From positions 59 to 64,058 of the forward strand of contig JBAUYV010000179.1 of the NCBI GenBank assembly GCA_049584975.1: a DNA stretch of 64,000 nt, read 5' to 3'. This DNA is from Xanthobacteraceae bacterium (GTDB taxonomy: Bacteria; Pseudomonadota; Alphaproteobacteria; Rhizobiales; Xanthobacteraceae). Under the pieces are notes generated by a model. It was not told the origin of the DNA. It ran no database searches and saw only the letters and a list, made by a program, of their open reading frames with translations. This document shows, piece by piece, positions 16,799 to 23,927 of this stretch. The number at the start of each line of letters is the position of its first letter. The first letter of the stretch is position 1. Both the position numbers and the translations under genes were made by a program.

Positions 16799-16852
16799 GC
16801 CTACCATGTAGGGCTGCCTTGGTCTAGATTCCAGCGACGACTGGAGGCCATC

Positions 16853-17167
16853 GTGTACAAGCACGCAGCTTACCGCCGCCGCATCGGCGATGAACCGGAG
16901 ACCGAAGACGACCAGTTCCGGCTGGAATATTTAGCCGCATCGGGCTTCTATCCGCCGGCGCCATACGCGTTCGTGACGCGCGTGAAAAATGCGATTCTTC
17001 AGTTCAGCGAGGGTGCAAAATATAACTGCGCTCAATTGGCAAATCAGTTAAACAAGAGGCAATTCCTTGACGCCAAAGGGCAGCGCTGGAGTCGCGGGTC
17101 TGTGAGTGTGTTTGTAGAGAAATTTTTGAACTCACGACATGTTTTGCCCCCGAGCCGCCGCACATGA
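16853..17167 (+). CDS. IS cargo ORF2: hypothetical protein with a serine-recombinase 'Recombinase-domain'-like motif
   Basis: GTG start 6 nt after a GGAGG SD. LANQLNKRQFLDAKGQRWSRGSVSVFVEKFL resembles the LN..G..T..G..WS...V motif of large serine recombinases, but no catalytic domain is present. Confidence 0.5.
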   Translation: MYKHAAYRRRIGDEPETEDDQFRLEYLAASGFYPPAPYAFVTRVKNAILQFSEGAKYNCAQLANQLNKRQFLDAKGQRWSRGSVSVFVEKFLNSRHVLPPSRRT

Positions 17168-17355
17168 TTACGCTCTCCGAGGCCCTAAAGACTGGCCGAT
17201 TAGCCGAGTTTATCGCGCAAGAAGAAGCCCGCGGCATCGGTCCCGCAAACCGCAAAGATGTTGAAGCGGCCGTCAAAAAGTTGGCGACTACACCGACGCA
17301 ATCAGGAGATCGAACATCGCGTTCGACATCGCGCGGTGATTCGAGCGGAAAGTGA
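17164..17355 (+). CDS. IS cargo ORF3: small hypothetical protein
   Basis: ATGA start/stop overlap with ORF2, which suggests translational coupling. Helical N-terminus LSEALKTGRLAEFIAQEEARGIGP and a Ser/Arg-rich tail. The 3-prime 68 nt overlap the transposase 3-prime end on the other strand. Confidence 0.4.
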   Translation: MITLSEALKTGRLAEFIAQEEARGIGPANRKDVEAAVKKLATTPTQSGDRTSRSTSRGDSSGK

Positions 17356-18169
17356 ACTCGTCAAGATACCGCTGCATGTATTTGCCGCTGATGTGTATGT
17401 GGGTGCTGCGCACCGAATATTTGAACAGCTTCCAGAAAGACTCGACGCTGTTGGTGTGATGCTCGCCCCGCTTCCATTCCTTAGCCGAGTGGGTCACTTG
17501 GCCGTGCTCGTAGCCATCGAACTTGAGTAAGTCATAGGAGAACAATTCGTCAGTCGAAACCGTCGAGCCGCGTTCGACGTGCTTGTTCATTGCCCTCTTC
17601 AGAGAGCCCATTTTGACGTTCGGAATGACCTCGGTCGCGATACGGCCACCGCGTTCCTTCATGCCCATGACGATTGTCTTGCCAGCGGCAGCGCGACCGC
17701 GCTTACCGCGACGGCGCCCACCTACGTATGCCTCGTCCGCCTCGACGTGGCCCTTTAGCTTCTCGAAGCCATCCGCCTTACCCATGAGCATTCGGATTTG
17801 CTGGCCCATGCGCCATGCGGTTTTGTAGGTGACGCCAAGCGTCCGCTGCAATTCTTTTCCGCTCACGCCGTGGCGCGTCGTGACAAAAAGATAAATCGCA
17901 TAGAACCACACGCGGAGAGGCGTGCGCGTGTCCTGGAACACGGTTCCAGCGGTCGGATAGACGTGGTGGCCGCAGTGAGCGCAGGAGAACGCGCGGCGAT
18001 CTGCGAGGCGATGGAAAGTGCCGTAGACGCCGCAAGCCCAACAGGTATGGCGCTGCCCGTACCGCACTTCCATGATGTGGCTCAGGCAAGCCTCATCATC
18101 GGGGAAACGGGCGAAAAACTCCCCTACTGTGAGCTTCCCAAGTTTTTGAAGTTGCGTGTCTTTTGACAT
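17288..18169 (-). CDS. IS1595-family transposase
   Basis: N-terminal zinc ribbon (CWACG...CAHCG), HTH region (GVSGKELQRTLGVTYKTAWRM), and DDE-type motifs VEADEAYVGG, VSTDELFSY and HTNSVESFWKLFK. Confidence 0.92.
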   Translation of the reverse strand: MSKDTQLQKLGKLTVGEFFARFPDDEACLSHIMEVRYGQRHTCWACGVYGTFHRLADRRAFSCAHCGHHVYPTAGTVFQDTRTPLRVWFYAIYLFVTTRHGVSGKELQRTLGVTYKTAWRMGQQIRMLMGKADGFEKLKGHVEADEAYVGGRRRGKRGRAAAGKTIVMGMKERGGRIATEVIPNVKMGSLKRAMNKHVERGSTVSTDELFSYDLLKFDGYEHGQVTHSAKEWKRGEHHTNSVESFWKLFKYSVRSTHIHISGKYMQRYLDEFTFRSNHRAMSNAMFDLLIASV

Positions 18170-18232
18170 GGCGACCCTCTATGTTCGCCAATGTAAGTCT
18201 GCCCATTACGTGTGTCAAGGGGATAATCCCCC

Positions 18233-18240
18233 AATTTTAC
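18233..18240. repeat. Target-site duplication (right) of the IS1595-family element
   Basis: AATTTTAC, identical to 15541-15548. Confidence 0.8.
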
Positions 18241-18354
18241 GACCCCTATCCCTTTGGATTTACAGGTGAAAAGCGCGCGTAGCCGGCGCGTAAACGCGTC
18301 GGCCGTGTTCGCCGGTCGCTGTTCCAGGAGGGATTGAGGGTCGGTCGAGATTCG

Positions 18355-18549
18355 CTAGCGCGGAGGCATCTCGCTGAACAGCACACCGCCTTTACCCTTG
18401 GAGGTCTTTGCTGTTTCAACCAGCGAAACGGTTACCTGTTCGGCCGTCGTGCCGGCGTTCTTCACTACGGCGGCGGTAATGTCCTTTACGAGCCCGCGCT
18501 TCTGCTCGAGCGTGCGGCCTTCAAGAATGTAGACGACGACTTCCGGCAT
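18355..18549 (-). CDS. 4-oxalocrotonate tautomerase family protein
   Basis: 64 aa, with an MP start (catalytic Pro1) followed by EVVVYILEGRTLEQKRGLVKDITAAV. Confidence 0.85.
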   Translation of the reverse strand: MPEVVVYILEGRTLEQKRGLVKDITAAVVKNAGTTAEQVTVSLVETAKTSKGKGGVLFSEMPPR

Positions 18550-18677
18550 AGCTGTCCTCCTTGTTGATGGAACCGGCCCTCACCGCTCGAGGAACGCCAA
18601 CGGCCGGTCGGGGTTTTGCCTGACAATCGGGGGCGCAATATCCGAAAGTTTCGGGCGAGGCACAACAGAAGCTGACG

Positions 18678-19019
18678 ATGAAATTTTTGGCTTTTGCAAT
18701 CGGGCTGTTCGCGCTTGGGTTTTCAGCCAGCACGCCGACACGCGCCGATTTTGCCGTGGTCCAGTTCGACGGTGGGCACTGTCAAATCTGGTGGGACAGC
18801 AGCGACAATCCGTGCGGCGACACTTGGAAGAAGATCGCGGTTGGCCTGCCCGATTGGTCGGCGGCCTCGATCGCGCTCGATAACGCCCGCGCGCAAAATC
18901 TCTGTCCGTACCGCGTCTCGCTTGCTTCACTTTTGCGTGCCGCGCGTCGCGTCAAGCGTCAGCGACGCGAAAGCTGTGCAGCACGTTCAGTGTCAGTGAA
19001 GAAAACGGTCGCCGCCTAA
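18678..19019 (+). CDS. Small secreted hypothetical protein
   Basis: Signal peptide MKFLAFAIGLFALGFSASTPTRA, then a Cys/Trp-containing domain. No family recognised. Confidence 0.45.
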   Translation: MKFLAFAIGLFALGFSASTPTRADFAVVQFDGGHCQIWWDSSDNPCGDTWKKIAVGLPDWSAASIALDNARAQNLCPYRVSLASLLRAARRVKRQRRESCAARSVSVKKTVAA

Positions 19020-19654
19020 AACGAATCTCGCGAGCCGCCGCTTGAGCTGAAAAGGCGGAAGAGCGGATCGAACGGCCGCGGCTTCCATTTCTTCCCAGCC
19101 GGCTGCGTGCGATGAGTCGGGTCGTAACCCGCGATCCGGTGCTTTTTGGTTTGTTTCGAGGGCGCTTCCGGCTCGGCCGCTATCCCATCGGGCGTTGCAT
19201 CAGGTCGCGCCTCGGCTTCGACCGGAGTCGCGCTCGCCGGCGAAGGAGGTCCCGCAAGCACCGCAACGCTCCCAGGTGCCTGCGACGGTGGCGGCGTGAT
19301 CGTATTCAGCTTGCTCGTGCTGGCTGGACCGCTGGTCAATGGAGCAGCCGCCAGCGCCGCCACTGCCGGTTGGGCCGGCGCCGGCGTTGGCGTCTGAGCG
19401 ACCACAGGTTCGGCAACCGGCTCGACGGCAACGGGTGCTTCCGCCACGACCGGCACACTGGTCACGAGCGCGTGAGCCGCGATCGGTGTATTAGCTGCAT
19501 CGGTTGCAGGGTGCTGGACCAAAGAAATCATCACGGCAGCGCCCGCTGTAGCGCCTATCGCCGTCGCCACCAAGACGATACGCGCTGTGCGCATGAAGCT
19601 TGGCGCGGGGGCCAGATAACCCCATTCCGGATGAAAGTTTCCGGCGGAACGCAT
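19016..19654 (-). CDS. Ala/Pro-rich membrane-anchored hypothetical protein
   Basis: ATG 19654 lies 5 nt after a GGAGG SD. TM helix IVLVATAIGATAGAAVMISLV, then a low-complexity Ala/Pro/Val region. Confidence 0.5.
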   Translation of the reverse strand: MRSAGNFHPEWGYLAPAPSFMRTARIVLVATAIGATAGAAVMISLVQHPATDAANTPIAAHALVTSVPVVAEAPVAVEPVAEPVVAQTPTPAPAQPAVAALAAAPLTSGPASTSKLNTITPPPSQAPGSVAVLAGPPSPASATPVEAEARPDATPDGIAAEPEAPSKQTKKHRIAGYDPTHRTQPAGKKWKPRPFDPLFRLFSSSGGSRDSF

Positions 19655-19904
19655 CAAAACCTCCCAGGCAGAACAAACGCAGCCTGCACGCGTACGCAAC
19701 AGTCGCTATTGTCTGCCGAACTTACAAACTCGACTCGGCCAAGCCTGTTTCCTGTTGGTGACAAGCTATGCCAAGACCATGAATTATCTATGATACGTAA
19801 AAGCCGCAAGGCGCGGAAAATGTTAATTTGGGGCTGTTGCCGATCCGCATCAGGACTTGCCCTCGCTGCCGCGGGCAAAGGCCTGGATAGCGGCCGTCGG
19901 GCAA

Positions 19905-19917
19905 AGTTATCCACAGG
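19905..19917 (+). promoter_or_regulatory. Perfect DnaA box within the conserved 13-mer AGTTATCCACAGG
   Basis: TTATCCACA at 19907-19915. The full 13-mer is the exact reverse complement of the 13-mers at 41213-41225 and 41673-41685. Confidence 0.55.
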
Positions 19918-20015
19918 CTGCCTGCAGGAGCCAATGCGACGGGGCGAGCCGCTCCTGCAGGGGCCGTTCGATCCTGTCAGACTTCCTCCCGGCGATCTGG
20001 CCGGGACGGTAACGC

Positions 20016-20435
20016 CTACTCCACAGAGACGCGCCGCGGGCGGACCGTTTCAGCCGCGATCTCAGCCGTCCGCGCATTGGCCGGCATTTGCAGCACCGTG
20101 GCACGCTGGCCCGCACGCAGCCGGGTCACCAGAACCACCTTGCCGTCGGGGAATTCCAACGCATCGTGATGCACGCAGGGCTGATCCAAGTTGACTTGAC
20201 GGAAACGCGCCAGCCGCTGACCGATTTTGCGGCTCGGCAGAATGCCGAGCGCGGCTTCACATTCGACATCCTGCTCGAACGCAATCTCGGTGCCCGGGAG
20301 CAGGCACACCGCAACATTGGGATTGTCGGACGCAGCGAAACCGCCGGTCGGCGTGTTGATGAACCTGGTGCTTACCAACTTGTCTCCCACTTTGGCGGGT
20401 CGACTGGCGACATGGTGCAAACTATAGTCGCACAT
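20016..20435 (-). CDS. Hypothetical protein (N-terminus MCDYSLH)
   Basis: ATG 20435 lies 7 nt after an AGGAG SD. Composition is gene-like. No family confidently recognised. Confidence 0.5.
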   Translation of the reverse strand: MCDYSLHHVASRPAKVGDKLVSTRFINTPTGGFAASDNPNVAVCLLPGTEIAFEQDVECEAALGILPSRKIGQRLARFRQVNLDQPCVHHDALEFPDGKVVLVTRLRAGQRATVLQMPANARTAEIAAETVRPRRVSVE

Positions 20436-20720
20436 CGAAGGGCTCCTCATTGCTGTGAACAGCCGGGATGGTTGTCCTTCTACGCCGGTAGTCGAGCAGC
20501 GTTTGGTGGCGAACTTGTGTCGGGGTACGTCACGAGCCGCACACAAAAACGCCATTCACAGTACCCCCATGTGCATTGCTCGTTTGCGCGCCAGGCGCGT
20601 AGCGTAGAGCTGTTGGCGTTAGTACGTAGAACCGCTCGATTTCCAGGCGTCTTTGTCGGCGCAACGCGCGGCACGCACCAGAAGCAGCGTCAACAAGCCG
20701 CAACAACACGAAGGTGTGCC

Positions 20721-21233
20721 ATGACCGTCTCGATGTACAAAATCTCCGTTCCGATTTTCGTGCAATTTCTCACGAGCCTCTCGGCCGTGCTCGACAAGGC
20801 CGCCGCGCATTGCGAGGCCAAAAAGATCGAGCCTTCGGCGCTGCTCAATGCGCGGCTGTTTCCCGACATGTTTCCACTTGTTCGCCAGGTGCGCGCGGCC
20901 ACCGATCACGCCGTGAGCGCCACCGCGCGCCTCGCCGGAGCGGAACCGCCTGCACTCGGCAATGCGGAAACAAGCTTTGCGGAGCTCAAGCAGCGTCTCG
21001 ACACGGCGATCGCATTCGTCAAAAATTTCAAGCCGGCGCAGATCGACGGCAGCGAGGAAAAGGCCATCAAGATTACGTTTTCGAGCGGCGCGACCCGCGA
21101 TTTCACCGGCCAGTCGCTGCTACTAAACAACGCGCTGCCGAATTTTTATTTCCACTGCACCACAGCCTACGTGCGCCAGTGCGGCGTGGAGCTCGGCAAG
21201 CGGGACTTCATGGGAACGCCGCTATCGCTGTAG
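20721..21233 (+). CDS. DUF1993 family protein
   Basis: MYKISVPIFVQFLTSLSAVLDKA....C......P..LL.ARL.PDMF.L..QV......LPNFYFH.TTAY is the typical DUF1993 pattern. The longer listed ORF (from 20088) is an upstream extension with no coding features. Confidence 0.8.
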   Translation: MTVSMYKISVPIFVQFLTSLSAVLDKAAAHCEAKKIEPSALLNARLFPDMFPLVRQVRAATDHAVSATARLAGAEPPALGNAETSFAELKQRLDTAIAFVKNFKPAQIDGSEEKAIKITFSSGATRDFTGQSLLLNNALPNFYFHCTTAYVRQCGVELGKRDFMGTPLSL

Positions 21234-21262
21234 CAGAGTAAATCGCTGAGGCTAAACGCCGA

Positions 21263-21946
21263 TCACGAAGGCGTGTTGCCGAGGCGGGTACCGATCCAGG
21301 ATGGAATGCCGCCTATTGCAGAGACGGCGTGCAGCGCTGCGCCAACCATGTGGCCCGGAATGGCGAGCGTGGTGGAGACCAGGGACGGCTGGCCGCTGGC
21401 GACGACCGGCGGAGGCGGAGCGATTGGCTCTGGCGGCGCAAACGGGCTGACCGGCGCAGCGGCGCTTTCGATCGGCTGGGCAATGGCCAGCGGCCCTTGC
21501 GGCGCGACCTCGGTGGTCGCGGCGGCGACGCTTGCTCTGGCGCGCGGGAGCGGCACCAGGATCGGCTTGGCTGGGGCTGACGCGGTACGGCGCAGGGCCG
21601 CGGCCGCCAACTCGGAAGCGTCTGATACGGCGTGGGCGTCTGCCTCGTCGGCGGCAACAACCCGGCTCTTCTCTGCCGCGTTCTGCGCCAAGAGGAAGTC
21701 ACGGATCATGGCATGCTCTTCGCGCACCAGCCGCACCATTTCAGCCGAAGCCGGAGCCGGCGGCTGCAGGGCTGTGGCCGGCGCAGCAGGATGACCAAGC
21801 TGGTAGTGGGCGAGCAGCAAGCCGCCGATGACACTCGCCATCGCCGCCGGCAATACCTCAAGAACGAACTTGCCGAGGAGGCGCACCAGGAGAGGCGCAT
21901 TCTGCGCCGCGATTGCTGTCTTTGGCACAACTCCGCCCTGCAGCAT
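21263..21946 (-). CDS. Ala/Pro-rich membrane-anchored hypothetical protein
   Basis: ATG 21946 lies 9 nt after a GGAGG SD. TM helix VLPAAMASVIGGLLLAHY, then a low-complexity region. Confidence 0.5.
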   Translation of the reverse strand: MLQGGVVPKTAIAAQNAPLLVRLLGKFVLEVLPAAMASVIGGLLLAHYQLGHPAAPATALQPPAPASAEMVRLVREEHAMIRDFLLAQNAAEKSRVVAADEADAHAVSDASELAAAALRRTASAPAKPILVPLPRARASVAAATTEVAPQGPLAIAQPIESAAAPVSPFAPPEPIAPPPPVVASGQPSLVSTTLAIPGHMVGAALHAVSAIGGIPSWIGTRLGNTPS

Positions 21947-21970
21947 GACCCGAACCCTCCGGAAACAATT

Positions 21971-21997
21971 TTTCAAACGACCGATTGAAATTCAAAC
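21971..21997. promoter_or_regulatory. Operator-like motif TTTCAAAC-N6-TTGAAA-TTCAAAC
   Basis: Lies 25-50 nt upstream of the 21946 start. It shares the TTTCAAAC octamer with the palindrome at 22707-22726. Confidence 0.35.
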
Positions 21998-22074
21998 ACG
22001 TGTTGTGGGCCTTGTCTAGCCGGAAAAGCGAATTTTTTGCGGCAATCCTCGGGATTTTCCGCGAGTGTTGCCAT

Positions 22075-22698
22075 TTAGCTTTGATGGGCCAAACCGCCGA
22101 TCAGCCAGTGGCTGATGAGCTGCGCCAACCAGTCCACCGAGGACTCGTCGAGAGCCAATTCCACTGGCGGGCCAGCCAGTTGCTCGCGGTTGCGAACAAA
22201 GACGCCGCACTGGCCGATGAGCCAGATCGAAGCCACCACCAGGGAGCGATGATCCGCGTCGGGCAGAAACCGCCGGATCAGGTCCGTAGCCATCCCTATG
22301 AAAGGGGTGGCCTCCTCGCTCAGCAATTTGCGGAATACCGGCGTCGGACGCACGGATTCCCAATTGAAGATGCGGATGTGCCGGGCAGCCTCATCGCGCG
22401 CCAAGAGCGGGTGCAATTGGCGGCGGATGAACTCGCTGAGCGCCTGCTCGCGCGACATGGTGCTCGCTTCCTGTGCATGGCTCAACTGATTCTCGGTGAG
22501 CCCGCGGAACGCCGCGCGCAGCACCTCGCGGTAAAGCCCATCCTTGCCGCCGAAGTGGTAATTGATGGCGGCCTGATTGACCCGCGCCCGGGCGACGATG
22601 GCGCGAATACTGGTGCCGTCGTAGCCGCGCTCGGCGAACAGCCGCTCGGCCGCTTTCATGATTCGATCGCGTGTGACCTCGGAAGGTCGAGTCATCAT
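22075..22698 (-). CDS. TetR/AcrR family transcriptional regulator
   Basis: N-terminal HTH TRDRIMKAAERLFAERGYDGTSIRAIVARARVNQAAINYHFGGKDGLY. Confidence 0.9.
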   Translation of the reverse strand: MMTRPSEVTRDRIMKAAERLFAERGYDGTSIRAIVARARVNQAAINYHFGGKDGLYREVLRAAFRGLTENQLSHAQEASTMSREQALSEFIRRQLHPLLARDEAARHIRIFNWESVRPTPVFRKLLSEEATPFIGMATDLIRRFLPDADHRSLVVASIWLIGQCGVFVRNREQLAGPPVELALDESSVDWLAQLISHWLIGGLAHQS

Positions 22699-22706
22699 CG
22701 CCTCTT

Positions 22707-22726
22707 TTTCAAACCACTGTTTGAAA
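22707..22726. promoter_or_regulatory. Perfect palindrome TTTCAAAC-CACT-GTTTGAAA, candidate TetR operator
   Basis: An 8+4+8 perfect inverted repeat lying 9-28 nt upstream of the TetR start codon. Confidence 0.45.
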
Positions 22727-22780
22727 TAGCCCCATAGGGCTTTGGCGGGCGGAAAGCAATCGTCGCAAGGTCGCACGGCC

Positions 22781-23815
22781 CTATTGCAGGCCGGCAGCCT
22801 GTAAATATTGCAGGTCGACGAAGCGTTGCGGTTCCGGCAGCGGCTGGGAAATCTCGCCGGCGGCCCCCAACAACGCGATCACCTGGGCCAACCCCGCCAT
22901 ATTGATCTCGGCCTGCTTCGGCATGACGCCGCGGTCAGGCTTGAAATAGAGCGCGAGCACGGCGCGGGCCACCTCCTCGCTTGTGCCCGTTGTCTCGACG
23001 ATGGTTTTAAGCACGTCGTCGCGCTCGGCCGGATCGCGCAGATAGCGAAACGTGTCGCCGAAGGCGCGCGCCAGCGCCACCACGATGGCCTTGTGCGCCG
23101 CCGCCCATGAGCGGCGCGCGGCGATGACGTTGAATTGCAAATTCGGCAGCACTTCGAAGGAATCGCCGAGTTTACGAAAGCCTTTGCGCATGAAGACGAT
23201 GTCTTCAGGCTGCCCGAGCGGTACGGCATCGCACGTTCCGCCCGCCAGACATTCAGCCCGCTGGCCGCTGCCGATGATCTCCTTGGTGCGGTAGTCGCCT
23301 TCTCTGAGACCGCCTTTGGCGAGCAACATCCGGGTCGACAGCGTGATCGTATCGGGCGGCGCCGAGATAGCGACGAGCTTGCCCTTCAGATCAGCGATGG
23401 CGTGGATCTCCGGCTTGGCGATGAGGCTGTAGATGGTATTGGCGACGCCGCCGATCACCGCGACCGCATCGGAGCTCTTGAGTGCGGCTTCGATCATATA
23501 GGGCGAGGCGGTCCCAGCCGCATCGACGTCGCCGCTATCGAGCGCCGCGACCGTATGGGTCGTCCCCATCAGCGGCACCATGGTGACGGCGACGCCTTCA
23601 CGAGCGAAGAAGCCCTTGCGCTGCGCCACGATGTTGGGAATTTCCGCCATGTTGCGTGCGGAATTGGCGTTGAAGCCGAGCCGCAGCGCCATGACGCCGT
23701 GGCCGCTCTCCTGAGCGCCGCACGTCAGCGGCACGACCATGCCGAATCCAACGCTGAGCATCAGCACGCCTAGCCGCATCATGACGCGGCCACTTCGCCG
23801 TTGCGCTGCCTGCAT
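22781..23815 (-). CDS. NMT1/THI5-like (NitT/TauT-type) ABC transporter substrate-binding protein, orphan
   Basis: Signal peptide, then LRLGFNANSARNMAEIPNIVAQRKGFFAREGV. No permease or ATPase gene is adjacent. The likely start is MMRLG (23782). Confidence 0.75.
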   Translation of the reverse strand: MQAAQRRSGRVMMRLGVLMLSVGFGMVVPLTCGAQESGHGVMALRLGFNANSARNMAEIPNIVAQRKGFFAREGVAVTMVPLMGTTHTVAALDSGDVDAAGTASPYMIEAALKSSDAVAVIGGVANTIYSLIAKPEIHAIADLKGKLVAISAPPDTITLSTRMLLAKGGLREGDYRTKEIIGSGQRAECLAGGTCDAVPLGQPEDIVFMRKGFRKLGDSFEVLPNLQFNVIAARRSWAAAHKAIVVALARAFGDTFRYLRDPAERDDVLKTIVETTGTSEEVARAVLALYFKPDRGVMPKQAEINMAGLAQVIALLGAAGEISQPLPEPQRFVDLQYLQAAGLQ

Positions 23816-23870
23816 TTTTGTCCCCGGTTAGCTGATGCGCGCAGCCTGTACGATATTCGCGCGACATACT

Positions 23871-23890
23871 ATGCTGATAACGATCAGCAT
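23871..23890. promoter_or_regulatory. Perfect palindrome ATGCTGAT-AACG-ATCAGCAT
   Basis: An 8+4+8 inverted repeat 38 nt upstream of the dienelactone hydrolase start, in the divergent intergenic region. Confidence 0.3.
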
Positions 23891-23927
23891 CGGTCCAACG
23901 CCACCCCATATCAACCGGAGGATACAC

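Larger units (their letters stand above)
15549..18232 (-). mobile_element. IS1595-family (ISNwi1-like) insertion sequence with passenger genes, about 2.68 kb
   Basis: Terminal inverted repeats GGGATTATCCCCTT (15549-15562) and AAGGGGATAATCCC(CC) (18217-18232). An 8-bp direct repeat lies on both flanks. An IS1595-type transposase gene sits at the right end. The interior is more AT-rich than the flanks. Confidence 0.85.

Noticed and set aside
20088-20720. N-terminal 211 codons of the listed 381-aa ORF 20088-21233
   Set aside because: This part overlaps the convergently coded MCDYSLH gene and has no coding features. The DUF1993 homology starts exactly at ATG 20721.
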